Part shown: one piece after another, positions 38,890-51,140 of the stretch | Position numbering within the stretch: position 1 is the first letter of the stretch | Layout: every line of letters begins with the position of its first letter | Source: Phoronis australis | Taxonomy: Eukaryota; Animalia; Phoronida | Direction: 5' to 3' | Assembly: GCA_002633005.1 (NCBI GenBank) | Contig: NMRA01000021.1 | Coordinates: 753,685-817,684 of the forward strand | Length of the DNA: 64,000 nucleotides | Program-made: the position numbers and the translations under genes | The notes under the pieces: model-generated | Told to the model about the DNA's origin: nothing | Database searches by the model: none | Seen by the model: the letters and a program-made list of their open reading frames with translations, nothing else

Positions 38890-38996
38890 CGTAAAAAATC
38901 GACGTTGCAAGTGATGGAAACTTGTCTACGCTCTCGTCCTTTGTTTCTAACCTTTAACCCATTTTTTAATAAAGGGGTGTACTGTTTTTGGCTCAT
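38814..38996 (-). CDS. Basic 60-aa upstream ORF overlapping the PHD ORF
   Basis: First ATG downstream of the presumed transcription start (caacATGag); contains T_TTT_TTA in phase for a -1 shift into the PHD frame. No recognisable domain. Confidence 0.3.
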   Translation of the reverse strand: MSQKQYTPLLKNGLKVRNKGRERRQVSITCNVDFLRWTLEKNISLVTATRNRTKAMIFEI

Positions 38997-39047
38997 GTTG
39001 ATAGTGCATAATCTATGGTTTTACAATGTATTAATAGTGTTAAATGC

Positions 39048-39215
39048 ATATATATGAACTGGTCTCATTGAGGTGCACAGCAAATAAATTAACTATAACA
39101 AATTAAAGTTTTGAAAATATAAAGAGCAGTAACAGACTCCCTAAAAATTAGGCTTGTTTTCGAAAGGTTTGCGCCATTGGTGATCCGATTGGTTCAATCG
39201 CTTGCGGCGGGAAAA
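39048..39215 (-). promoter_or_regulatory. Cell-cycle-type promoter of the PHD gene: E2F site, two CCAAT boxes, TATA
   Basis: Minus strand: TTTCCCGC at 39214-39207, CCAAT at 39192-39188 and 39180-39176, TATATA at ~39054-39049. Confidence 0.5.
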
Positions 39216-39386
39216 TTGATAGACCCAGTTATTGTGCGCGTGTACACTGTATCAATGCTTTGTATCTTATTCTTATTTGTCTAATCTGTTGATACAGTAA
39301 ATTTCCTTATTTATGCCCATCCTGATTTAACCCCGACTTGAGCTCCTTGGGTTTTACCATATTGGGGCTGTCCAGGGACTCACGTG

Positions 39387-39529
39387 CATGCGCGCACCCA
39401 GTCTTCAAAATGGGGGGCTCGAATTCCTGACGTTATGGAACTGTTGTTAACAAGAGAGCGGGCAGACCTTTTTGCCCACTTTGCCAAATGGGGGGGGCTC
39501 GAACCCCCCCCCTCTGAGTGGCGCGCATG
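39387..39529. mobile_element. MITE with CATGCGCGC(C)AC TIR and 5-bp TSD ACGTG (hAT5-like)
   Basis: ACGTG|CATGCGCGCAC...GTGGCGCGCATG|ACGTG. Confidence 0.7.
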
Positions 39530-39808
39530 ACGTGGTGCTTACTCGAATGAGTTTCATTTTAGCGGCTATTTCCAATTGTGTAGGTGAAGTAAATTAACAA
39601 AGTGGATGATTATCATCACCGGTATTTCATCATTAGTATTTTTGTCGGCCTCTCAAGTTTTCCGTGGCTAGGGATTGTCACATCTGTAAGGTAGACGTGT
39701 TTCAGTGAACCTCCATGTTTGTGGCGTTATTTATACCTGACCAAACTTTGAAAAAGAAGCCCGCGTTTAAACCAGGAGCTGCATTGGGTGCAATTTGTGT
39801 AGACGTTT

Positions 39809-39965
39809 CATGCGCGCACCCAGCCTCTAATACGGGGGCTCGAATCTCTGGCAAAGTGGACCTTTTGCTAACAAAAAGCGTGAGAACTAAAATAAAAAAC
39901 GGGGTGCTGCCGTATTGTGGACTTTCGTCTCTTTCTCTTGGACTTTTCCCCTGGGTGCGCGCATG
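39809..39965. mobile_element. MITE of the same family, 15-bp perfect TIR and 5-bp TSD CGTTT
   Basis: CGTTT|CATGCGCGCACCCAG...CTGGGTGCGCGCATG|CGTTT; a third diverged copy lies at ~42989-43189. Confidence 0.75.
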
Positions 39966-40263
39966 CGTTTGTCTACGTTGCTAGTTTTTATAAAGGTGGG
40001 CCTGTCTGTAGCCAACTACGGTAAATTCATAAAAGGTCACGTGCAGTGCAACTCAAGTTCATTACAAATTAAAAATCCGAACTTTCAAACCGTTTGATCT
40101 GAGTTGACATCTCAAATCAAAATTATGAAAATGCCACATAAAAGTATGAAATTGAAAATTAGCACACGTCAGCTTCACGTCCCTACCACCCCCTTTATCT
40201 TGCTTGCTACCTCTTAGGGTTCATTTCCCTTGCTTCCGAGGTTTTTCGTTATTCTGGTATTTT

Positions 40264-41086
40264 CATAGACTGCAGCGTACTTGGCTAAGATGGTTCAAGT
40301 TTTGTGCGGCATACAGTCGACATAAATAATTGAGTATGTAACCTGCTGTTGAATTGCGGGATAGATTTTGACAGGTCCAGGTATTTATTTCTGAAGTATT
40401 AATGTAATCTTTATTTATGTTAAAGGTTTTACTAGCGTCCTATTTATTTGTACACGAATGTGAATTTGTTGAAATCGCTGATCCAAATCCTGGCCAAATG
40501 TGCGCATTATGCTGAGACCAACCGTCTGATCAGGGCCACCGAAGAGTAATTTGGTTAATTCGCTCACTAGACTATGGCTGAAGGTCCTCGTAAGGACATG
40601 AGTTCACCAGTCACTACCATTGGAAGAAATTTAGCGGACATTTTTCGTCAAAAAGTTTACCAGATAGTTTTCATCAAAATGGAGAAAAGAAAAATGGATT
40701 TGTGAAGACAGGATTAAGTAGTAGGCCTACCAGAGCCTCTTAAAAAACACCCATCTTCGAAGTGACGTGAACAAATGTACAAGTTTTTTTTTGGAAGAAC
40801 AACTTCCATTCACGTCGACGCGAGAACATAACTTTTTCTCCCACAGCGGATTTTGGGGTCTCCGTACACTATGGAAGCTAACGCCTCTGCATTTCGCCTG
40901 CGTAGCCAAACAACCGGCCACACAGCAGCCGACCATGATTAGCAGACGACGTACTTGCCGGAAATTACACCAGATAATTTAGCCAGGTGTCGCCAGTGAA
41001 TAATGACGTAAGGGCTTGTGCGCAAGCTCACAGATTTCGTCCATTGAAAGTATACGGAGTTGGCGGTCCATGTACTATAGTCTATG
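40264..41086 (-). mobile_element. P-element-like non-autonomous transposon with frameshifted THAP domain
   Basis: Inverted termini CATAGACT...GTAC.TGG; MVGCCVAGCLATQAKCRGVSFHS...W...(frameshift)YICSRHFEDGCF at 40936-40740. Confidence 0.65.
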
Positions 41087-41632
41087 GTGGCATTCTCTTT
41101 CATAGACATCAGTAAACCTGAAAGGTTTTGGAAGTTTTTGAGCAATAAAGACTGCAATAAGAAATCACACCTCTCTAATTTCAAGAAGTAGAAGATTGGC
41201 AGCGAAATATTTTGTTTAGCGTCGTCCTATTTTGGCATTTGGCAGGAACAACCTTTCAGCTAACATTCTGCTCTGGCTCACACACGCAAGAAATGTTCCG
41301 TACCGAAAATGACGCCTTTGTTACGATTGATAGGTTATTAGAAACAAACTGTTCATTCCAAATTACAACATTTATGAATACGAAATTAATATATTAAATG
41401 TCATACGTTCGGTGATGGAAATAAACCAATTTTCAATTATATGGTCTCTGTATTTCTGGAGGTCGTATTAGCCCAACTCAATTTGGCTAATTATATACGT
41501 TGCTCAACATGCGTGGTAATAACTGTGGGTTATTATACCTCGATTTGTCATAATCAAACTAATTTAAACGACGACAAAATTTATCGTACACGTACATGCA
41601 AATTTATAATTAAACCACAAACTATGAGTATG

Positions 41633-41814
41633 TACCGCATTTCCAGGAATATAAGGCCACCTCTTTGTAGTAGAATATGCCATTATACTCGAAGACTAGG
41701 CCATGGCCTTGTAGTCTGTGTCATTTGCAACTCTGGCGTGAGCAAAAGCATTAATTCGAATATAAAGTTTTTGCTCTATTTTTATTCAATATTTCTATAT
41801 CCGAAATAACGGTA
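41633..41814. mobile_element. pogo/Tigger-like MITE
   Basis: TACCGCATTTCCAGGAATATA...TATATCCGAAATAACGGTA inverted ends with TA flanks. Confidence 0.5.
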
Positions 41815-44799
41815 TTACCTTATAATCGAGTACAAGGCCGTTGCCTCACAGTTTAGGTCTTTTGCAGTTTGAAGTGTTCTTAAAAACGCCTGTAAAGTCA
41901 TGGCCTTATGTTCTAGGTAATGTGGTATACATGCCACCACATACATGTACATATGGTATATAATGAGACAGGCTGTTTCAGTTTTATATAAGTGAGAATA
42001 ATTCATTTTGAAACAGAACGCACAATAATAATTGTCTACGTGGCAACTCGCAATCCCGTGAAACGCCTTCTTGGAGAAGCGCAGATGTGTCTCATGGACC
42101 ATCCTGAAGTCGGTCACAGCGATAGCAAAAATTTTATAGTTACCTAAGATCTGCGACTTATGACCTAAATACGTCACAGTGTAACAAGTAGCGTCACCTT
42201 CTGGAAGGCGCTCAAATGCAGCATAATAATGTGGATGTCTGTAATGCCAGTGTGTCCCCTGGTGCTTACAAAATACGTTGTTTTGCTTGCCTAAAGATAA
42301 GGAGAGGTAATTGTATATTCATTATATTTTCCAAACTACTATTGGCAAGTGCTGATCGGAGAACAGGAGTCATTACTGCAGTAGAACAATAACAGCATCA
42401 GGCCTACCTATTAGGGATAGTTACTAGTAGTTGACAATACTGAGCCCCACAGCACGGGCGTATGAGACTCTTTCGGTAGTGGCTGCACATCTTCTGCCAG
42501 GAATGTAACAAAATTGAGATGGAGTTGTATCAGCTGTGTTTGGTTAAAGAAGAGTAGTCTGTGTGTAGTATACATTTCAGGTTACAGGGTCAGACCCAGT
42601 GCTCTGGTCAGCTGGCCTTGTTTACTGTGTGAAAACTGGGGTGAGATTTGTGCGAGTTGGGTGCAGAGTATGCACAGATAAGAACTAGCAGGGAAATCCT
42701 TGGAAGAGCTACATAACCTGCGATTGTGTAGTCGCCATATCCAAGAGGAACAATTCACTTATCAATTAAAATAAAAAAACTGTTGATTTAGTATAAACAA
42801 TCTGATTTGATGTGTTAGTATCAAGTTCCCAGGCACTACTCTGCATTATCACAGGGTATGCGTGCCTCAGGGTATCTTGCTGAAGAATATGTACCCTAAA
42901 CAGGGATTATTGAGTCAACTTCTTTCTTAGAACAGTAAAACAATCTTCTTCTTTGATACATTCTGCTGTACCCACGCAGCTTGTTTTCCATGCCCGCATC
43001 CAGGGGGGTCTGGAGCTCGAACGAGCCCCCCTCTTTGGCGTAGTGGACAAAAAGGTTTGCCCCAGTGAAACAAAAACTCCAAAAAAGTAGAAAATGAGAG
43101 AAAAGTCCACTTCCACATATTTTCTTAGTCATAGGTACACATTCTCAAAAATTCGAGACCCCCATTTTTTAAGCTGGGTTAGCGTGCATGTACTTGCTAC
43201 GCTCCACAACCAATCAGAATGTGTCTCTTTCATACTAACTACTTGTGGAAATTGGTCTCATTTTTGTCTGGCAAAACTCTCTTTGAAGTATAACTTTTCA
43301 GGGGCATGTCTATGTGACATCAGAGTTGCTGTACTATTGTATTAGTCCTGGTGAAGACCCAAGCAGAGCGTGTTTAAATTGCAAAACTTAAAATTAAGGG
43401 CTACCGTGAACCTGTTAAACTATATGTTTTTTGATAACTTTGGGGATTCGCATTTACCCTGAGATACAGTTTGAGGTTAATGCCCAAAGAGTTGTATTGA
43501 TACCATTGTCTTCGTATGAAATGGTCAATAGGCATATAACATTGATTGATTAGTCGGAAGTAGACTAATTATATGCAGTATAAGTGGGAAAACTTTTTTT
43601 GGTAACGTTTTTATTGTACCCGATGGTGGTGTATGTTCCCTCGAACCACATACATGTATATTATCCCTGACAACTATTGGTATGTTGGCAAAATCAAATT
43701 GATTATTTTTAATATTGCAATTATTCCAGCACATTAGTACCGTAAAACTGCTAGGTCTCATAGCTGAGATATATGTATTGACATGTATTGTATAATGTTG
43801 TTTTCATACAATTTATAAATTGTGTGTTAAAATTAAAATGCTTGTAATGTCTTTTGAACTGATGTGTTACAAAGTTAGAATAAAAAATGATATTGATCCA
43901 CATGCTCTTATTTATTATTACTCTACTTTTGTTTATGTAGTGAGTATTATTTATTATTCATACTTATTTTATTCCGTGTCTTTCAGCAACAAGAACTATG
44001 ATATAAATATTACGTAATATATGATAAAATATTATGCTAAAATATTATATAAATTACTGTTGCATTTACTTGATTCTGTAACTAGAAAACCATGTGGAAA
44101 ATGTCATGCTATTGAATTCAGGCAGTTGCTTTCATACCAGTCATAGCCCTGGCAAAGTCTTAGTCAATTACAGTTAAATATTATAATAATTAAATATTAT
44201 CATAATTGCATAAACTTCCACGTAAATACAAATGATGTTTCCTCAAGATTGATATTGTATTGTATTGCTATGCTTACAAAGGAATCTGAAATTTTTTGTT
44301 ATTCATTTGAATGGCATTTGCTTTTCATTCTAGTTTTATCGCATCACAATAATTATCATATTGGCCATAACATCAACAAAAATTATGTTTTCCTCAAATA
44401 AATTATAAATCTAACTCATCAAAATTGGTTTTATGTCTAAAAAACCTGGTTTTTGTCCAAGTTAGTTGCAATCTTCACCACAGGCTCAGACCTGGTTTGA
44501 GGGTCTCCGAATACAACTTGGTCTCCCTCTAATAGGTGGCGATGTTCCAAAATGTGTGACACGGCAAATTACACTAGGGCGGCCATCTTGGGATATAGGA
44601 TCTTTGGCGATAGTCGATGTCTCACGTACTTCTTCGGTGCCAACGCCCGATAGATGTCGCTACAGTCCATGACACAATAATATAGGCCAAGACGATTAGT
44701 TTTCCTATCGTCTTTATTGAAATAACAAGGTACCTTACCTGGCACTGAACAGTTAGCTGCAGCCGCAGCCAATGTGCACTCCCAAAATATTAAAATCTA

Positions 44800-45222
44800 G
44801 GAGTGGGCCAGGCTTGGGGGCCTTTTTTAGTTAGAAATTGTATGTAGGCGAAGTGAATGTGTTTTTTTTGTATTTGTGAACATGCTGAGAATGAAAAAGG
44901 CCACTTTCTCGGCTGTAGCTGCACTCTTCTTCACGATTGTGGCCCACTGTTGCAATTGTGCATTGCTGTGTTGCAACTGAGAAATTAGCCGTGATTTCAG
45001 GTAGCCCTCAGACAAATCAGATTTGCAAAAAATTAGTTGGTTGGCAGTACTTTTGGACCACATTTTTGGAATCGGTAGGAAATTTGCTTACGGAATCTAA
45101 TGTCGGCTTTAGTCGAGCATCGGCAGGGAAGTGGTGGTTTTGGGGTGAAAAGTGCCGATTTTGAATTTTTTGCCCTTGTTTTTCTTAGTCTAGCTTGGTT
45201 TTCACTGGGGGTGAAAGGGTTA
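44800..45222 (-). mobile_element. piggyBac-like terminus and subterminal sequence (left boundary uncertain)
   Basis: Minus strand TTAA|CCCTTTCACCCCC at 45222-45206; the other end was not found. Confidence 0.35.
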
Positions 45223-47140
45223 AATATACAAAAGTAAATAAAGTTTCTGTGCTCATCTGTAGGGCTTGTGATGTGAAATGACTCGAACTTTTCTTTATTT
45301 TCATACAGTTTTTGACAGAGTGAAGAAAGGGTGAAGAGTCCATTAACGTGTGCTCTGATAGGCAAAACCCTGTGAGCACTGTTCTGGGGTGCCTCCTTAC
45401 TGGTCGTCCAGTTGTATTTCGCCAAGAGATTTCCGGCATCATTCAAAAGCTGGCTTCTATGACCCTAAAAGGGCCTACTCAGGTCAGTGCATTGTGTGTG
45501 ACGGATATATCCGCCACGGGTAGCAGAGCAACCGTGACTGAGCTTATCGTTCGAAATGTCCAGAATTTTTTCGATTATTGCGACTGATGTATTTGTCCGT
45601 CAGTGGTAGGCTTACATGGTTTACAAAGAGTTGGACGCTGCTTGTCGAGGTGAAGTGCTAGTGCGTGCATAAAACCGTTAACCCAGCGTCCTATGTGTAT
45701 TAAAATTGGTCCCCATGTCTGTTGTAACAGTCCTATAATTTTTGTTCTATACGTTGGAGTTATGACGTCATGCACAGGTTTCTGTGTCCTTAACTGGGAA
45801 GTGGGTACATGAGAAGAACTGAGGTCGAGGTCAATAACTCTAGTGTCTGGCTATAAAGTCAAGAAGTCTCGAGCTTTGGCGGGATATCGCATATTTTCAA
45901 TGAGATCACGGGATTTTGACTAGACTTTTCTCGCCACAAGACAGTTATTGGACTCTGCTTAGATTTTGTCAGCGGCAGCACATTCAATTTTGCACGAGTA
46001 CATGGATTGTAGGTGTTTTCAATAAAATGCTCTTTTGTTATGTTCTCACACAGTTGGTAAATGCTAACTCGTTGGCGCGCACAACACACGGCGTGCCCCT
46101 TGCAACATTTTGTGCCTGCCAGTATGACACTCCAGTGGACTTTTCCTTGTTTTCAACTCAAAAAAGAGAATTTTGGTACATGTGAACATTTGAAGACTTT
46201 GTAATTTCATTTATTTTATGCGATTCCTCTTTGAAAATTTGTGGATTTAATTGAAATGACGTCAGTGATAATTTGTTTGCAGGATGCACCAACGATGTTT
46301 GAGGCTGTTTGTAAGAGGAATGGAAAAGCCTATTGATTGATTGATGACGTCGTAAAACTCACAAAGTTCTCGAAGACAAGCAAGAGCTCAGAACAAATAC
46401 CTGGGATATCATTATGTACAGTTGTATTTGCGCGTGACGATGAACTAGCCGTATATGGCTGCCTCTTCTTACTACGTGTGGGTAAACTTTAATGGCAGAT
46501 ATTCGTTTAACGCGATTTTCATATACAAAACCAAATTTCGAGTCGTTTTAAAAACAAGTATACCCATGTTTGCAAACTGTGACTACTCAGTGGTAGTCGA
46601 TTTTTGTACGTACATGTATCGGAGGTACGATATGATTCCAGAACCAGTGAATAATTTGAAGTACATGGTCTTGCAAAATTCGTAGGTCAGTAGTGGGCCC
46701 AGATGTCGCGTACCAGAGGTAGACTTTTGCACGTCGTATATTTTCACGGTCAGATAAATTCAACCATTTGACAACAGTACAACAAAAAAAAAACGTTGGT
46801 GTACGCCAATGAAGCCATTACAGCTTCGTTTATTAGTAAAGACTCACAGGTGGCGTCATCGCCAGATATGTGCAACATCAATTAACGTATTTTGGTACAC
46901 GCATATGTACATGTAGCTATAATAACACGACCTCGTCTTGCACCAAATTTCCTCTACCAACTTGTTCGTACCAGATCTGAAATCACAAAAAGTTCCTTCA
47001 GAACACAAGAATATCATTTTTGTCGATACGTCAGTCGATCAACGGGCTTATTTTGATTTACATCTGCAAAGCATTAAGAAGCGCAGGAACTGCACATGTA
47101 TAAGTACATGTATATGAATATGTATGTGAATATGTAGTCT

Positions 47141-47205
47141 NGTGTGTGTGTGTGTGTACGTGTGCGTGTGTGCGTGTGTGTTTGTGCGTGCGTGTGCGTG
47201 TGTGT
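47141..47205. repeat. (GT)n/(GTGC)n microsatellite
   Basis: Directly visible. Confidence 0.9.
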
Positions 47206-47674
47206 AAAGGATTGCCGCCTACGCTTATGTTTGTATCTGAAAAAGGCAGTTTAGTTAATTACATGTGGAAGGTGTGGTAAATTCGTAAATTCTGTCAAAA
47301 TTCAACTTTCGCTTGAGAAGTCTTATTGTAATAAGGTTGGTTTTATCCGGGTCCTTCTTGCTCAGACCAGAAACGATATCGAGGCTTTAAAGAACTGACA
47401 ATTAGTTATTGCATCATTACATTATTCTTTGAGGTGCTTTTTGGTTTTGATCACAGAAGCAGTGCAGCCGACATGTTAATCCCTAATCCCTGGGTTTTTA
47501 AACGCCTTTTCAAAAGTGGAACCAATTTCAAACCGAAAAACAGATATGACGTTGCTTTGGAAGAGGAAATGCGCACCTGAAGAAAGTTGTTTTCTGTTTG
47601 TTGAGGAGGGACTAGAGAGTAAACACAATCACCCGAGGCGACGCATGATAAGGTCCGATTATTCAAACGGGCGG

Positions 47675-48010
47675 TGTCGCGTGAAATTTCTTCCCGTGAA
47701 ATTTCTTCCCAATCCGACTTTGCGCATGCGCAGATTGGCCAGGTTGACATCCGGTCTTGAGAGCGTGAAATTTCTTCCCAGGGCACTTCTGTACGCTTCT
47801 GTGAGACAGTTGAGTCGTTATCTGCTACGAACACGAATAATCCAGACGTTTTTTTTTGCAAAGATGCATGATCTCAAGTACAGTGAGAGTGACGTGAAGA
47901 AGTTTTTGGAGGATGGATCCCATCCGTTGACTTTGACGAAGAGTCAGCACAAGGCTTTACGAAGTTGTGCCAAGGCCCAAGGACTTTCGCCGTTTCGGTC
48001 AGGTAAGTCG
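47675..48010 (+). mobile_element. Ginger/Gypsy-integrase-like DNA transposon 5' end
   Basis: TGT terminus; three copies of GTGAAATTTCTTCCC (47681, 47696, 47765); MHDLKYSESDVKKFLEDGSHPLTLTKSQHKALRSCAK resembles the segment preceding integrase H2C2 fingers; donor cag|gtaagt at ~48002. Confidence 0.5.
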
Positions 48011-48786
48011 ACTAAAGTGATAGGCCTACTACTGCAATTATTATTGACTCTGGTTTAAAAAGTTAAGTGAAATCTGAAGTATGTTGGTTGTTGTTAAGCA
48101 AGGTTATCATGTCATTCGTAAGTCAAACCCTGTAGCTGTAGTACTGTACTAGTCTCTGCATTTAGCCAAAATATTTACAGATTACTCCAACCGTGTAGAC
48201 ACTCTAGGAATGATATATTTTCTAATTGTTGAAAGTCAATAGAGTTTGATTTTAGTCTGTATATTTTCTGTGTGGTATTAATTAGCTGAGTAATGCGACC
48301 ATGTATTGTTTGATTTAAATGAAAGTAAAATCACAAAAAACCTGTTACCAGTTTTCTAAATTATCTGGATTAGAACAAACAATTTGAGCAAAAACTAACA
48401 GGCAAGCCCTGCCGTGTTAAAGCTCTTACTAAAGTAAACACTTAAGTTGGTTGTTACTAGTTCTCATAGAGAATATTGTACAGTATTATTCAGCATTCAT
48501 ATACTGTTGTGAGTTAATGAACTTTGTGCCATTTAGTACGCATCTAGTTGTAATGACTTCCTTTGAGTTTAGCAAAAGTTCATAACATTGCTTCGCGAAA
48601 TTTCTCTTGTAGTTGCGGTGTGTATGCTGTTGCTGTTCTACCTCATTAGCCGCTGGCTGAGACTCTGCAGTCGTATAGCATGATGCCAAAAGCTTGTCTT
48701 GCTGCATGAGTTCAATTTGGTATGGTATAATCTGCGGCACTGGGGGTTTGTACGGAAACTTCTTCATGATAATGAGTCGCACATTC

Positions 48787-48802
48787 TCATGTGTTCAGTG
48801 TC
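48787..48802 (-). CDS. Candidate exon 3 coding part of IGFBP-like gene C (W-T-L-N-T-stop)
   Basis: Acceptor aacttaatttcag|G completes TG|G in phase 2. Not visibly homologous to A/B exon 3; the true exon may lie in the N gap. Confidence 0.35.
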
Positions 48803-49390
48803 CTGAAATTAAGTTGTGATATCTGATGGTGATACTCTAGACCGGATCGGGATTTGCCTGCATTAGAATAATTAGGTCATTCTAATTTGGACAGTCTAGG
48901 CTCATGCTAACCATTTGCCATCATTGGCGAGTTCTGAGTGGCACTGGGGACGGTATAGCTAAGTCCATTCGCCAACTTGGCGAATTATTTTGCAGCTTAA
49001 CCATAAAAATTTATTTCGGGGAAACCTACTTGTGTGTCGACTCACTGTTAGTTCAAATCAAGTCGTGCGATGAACAGAAGACTGTTTTGCAGCAGCAAAC
49101 GCAATCCAGTCTCTCAATAACTTTTTACACTCACAACGTGGTGTGAGCGAGTCTGAAGTATTTTAATACCGTTGAAAAGTACACAGGGCATAAAACTGAC
49201 CTGATTTGAGATATCTCAAACATGCAATATGAACTCAACCTTTAAATTTACTATTTTCATTTTACATGAATCTCTCCTTATTCTTTAAGTAACTTTACCA
49301 GTTTCAGCTCACAATTTGTCGGGTCAAATATTAATCGAGACTAGACACTGGTAGTTTTTTTCAAATCAAAATACGCAACCTGTCATATCT

Positions 49391-49960
49391 NNNNNNNNNN
49401 NNNNNNNNNNNNNNNNNNNNNNNNNNNNNNNNNNNNNNNNNNNNNNNNNNNNNNNNNNNNNNNNNNNNNNNNNNNNNNNNNNNNNNNNNNNNNNNNNNNN
49501 NNNNNNNNNNNNNNNNNNNNNNNNNNNNNNNNNNNNNNNNNNNNNNNNNNNNNNNNNNNNNNNNNNNNNNNNNNNNNNNNNNNNNNNNNNNNNNNNNNNN
49601 NNNNNNNNNNNNNNNNNNNNNNNNNNNNNNNNNNNNNNNNNNNNNNNNNNNNNNNNNNNNNNNNNNNNNNNNNNNNNNNNNNNNNNNNNNNNNNNNNNNN
49701 NNNNNNNNNNNNNNNNNNNNNNNNNNNNNNNNNNNNNNNNNNNNNNNNNNNNNNNNNNNNNNNNNNNNNNNNNNNNNNNNNNNNNNNNNNNNNNNNNNNN
49801 NNNNNNNNNNNNNNNNNNNNNNNNNNNNNNNNNNNNNNNNNNNNNNNNNNNNNNNNNNNNNNNNNNNNNNNNNNNNNNNNNNNNNNNNNNNNNNNNNNNN
49901 NNNNNNNNNNNNNNNNNNNNNNNNNNNNNNNNNNNNNNNNNNNNNNNNNNNNNNNNNNNC
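49391..49960. other. Assembly gap (570 N)
   Basis: Run of N. Confidence 1.
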
Positions 49961-50040
49961 ACCTGCCTGACGGACAACTCACTATGGAAGAAATCCCAAG
50001 CAATCAAGGTAATCTAATCTCTCAGAACACTTCGGCTTAC

Positions 50041-50214
50041 CACGAATTCCTGCAATTTCTTGTTCTGATGACGTTTCCAAAGAGGTCTACAGGTTTCGGC
50101 TTCCTTGTTAGGTTTCTGATGTCTTTACATTTCCCGTTAAATTCAGTGTAAAAGACTATCTTCTTTGCCATGGTGTTGTCCTGTTCATTCACACAAACAA
50201 GATTGTCTCGGCAT
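50041..50214 (-). CDS. Perlustrin-like single-IGFBP-domain protein, gene C, exon 2
   Basis: Acceptor ggtcttgcag|A; encodes CRDNLVCVNEQDNTMAKKIVFYTEFNGKCKDIRNLTRKPKPVDLFGNVIRTRNCRNS; donor TG|gtaagc. Not listed in the ORF track. Confidence 0.88.
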
Positions 50215-50363
50215 CTGCAAGACCATGTAGAGTCACTGAGTAAATCTTTTGTATCGCTTTATCACGTTTCTAAAGTGAGATCTTATGCGTGCTTAAACTG
50301 TTAAATGCTTGCTTTTGAATGGCTATAGTATGTCTGAGCATGTGCAGATGAGTCATCCAGGAT

Positions 50364-50470
50364 AGAGTTCAATAACGCTAAGACCTCGCTAAACAGCAAG
50401 ACTTCGCGAGATTAAGCAAGATATTACCGTGAATTTTCAATAAGAGCATGTGAGACGGCTACTGAACTCT
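50364..50470. mobile_element. MITE (GTTCAGTAACGCTAGGACCT family), shortened copy
   Basis: AGAGTTCAATAACGCTAAGACCT...CTACTGAACTCT; internal match to 8747-8899. Confidence 0.65.
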
Positions 50471-50815
50471 CTCTCCCTTGATGAACGCGTCAGTGTATGA
50501 TTTGAAGACTTTTGATCTATTTTGGAGTCACGAAAAAGCTAGTCCTCGTTTTGATACCTAGAACATATTAATGATAACTGCCGACTAAATCTACGGCATG
50601 TAAACCCATTCTCTGTCAAACGGCAGTTTTCATACTGGCGCTCTGTAGAGTAATGAGAGGACGAAAGTGACTTCGGCTCATCAATCCCTCCGGACTCAGA
50701 TTTAGTGGACAGAAATTCAATTACAACATTGTGGTTCATAAAGTTTAAAGTAGAGGAATAAATTCCACTGGTAGCACCTCTGATTGTTTAACCAGTTTAA
50801 GTTCACTATTTCAAT

Positions 50816-51140
50816 TTAGCTTTTTGACACAGGCTGGAATCGAAATTCTCCCACTTTTTCGGCCGCAGCCACTGGCTTTGTCGCAAATTGTTCTTCGCAG
50901 TGGCAAATGTATGGTACACGATGTCCTTGTTCATCCGTTGGCGATTCTAAAGATTTGCCCCTTTCTCGCAAGGCATTAGTATGTCCAACCGCACAGCAGT
51001 GGAAATTTGGCGGCATTAGGAAAGTTGTTTATACCAGTAAGTTGAAATTTCCCGTCCGCATCACATGGGACCTGTAGGCGGCACTGAACGGCTGTCCACC
51101 AAAAACCTGATCGCCATTTGGCGGGATAGGGAATTTCAAT
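50816..51140 (-). mobile_element. THAP-type transposon remnant
   Basis: MPPNFHCCAVGHTN start; upstream 51050-51140 matches ~22150-22240 in reverse orientation. Confidence 0.45.

Noticed and set aside
49366-50007. Longest ORFs in the track (213 and 206 aa)
   Set aside because: Almost entirely N-gap.
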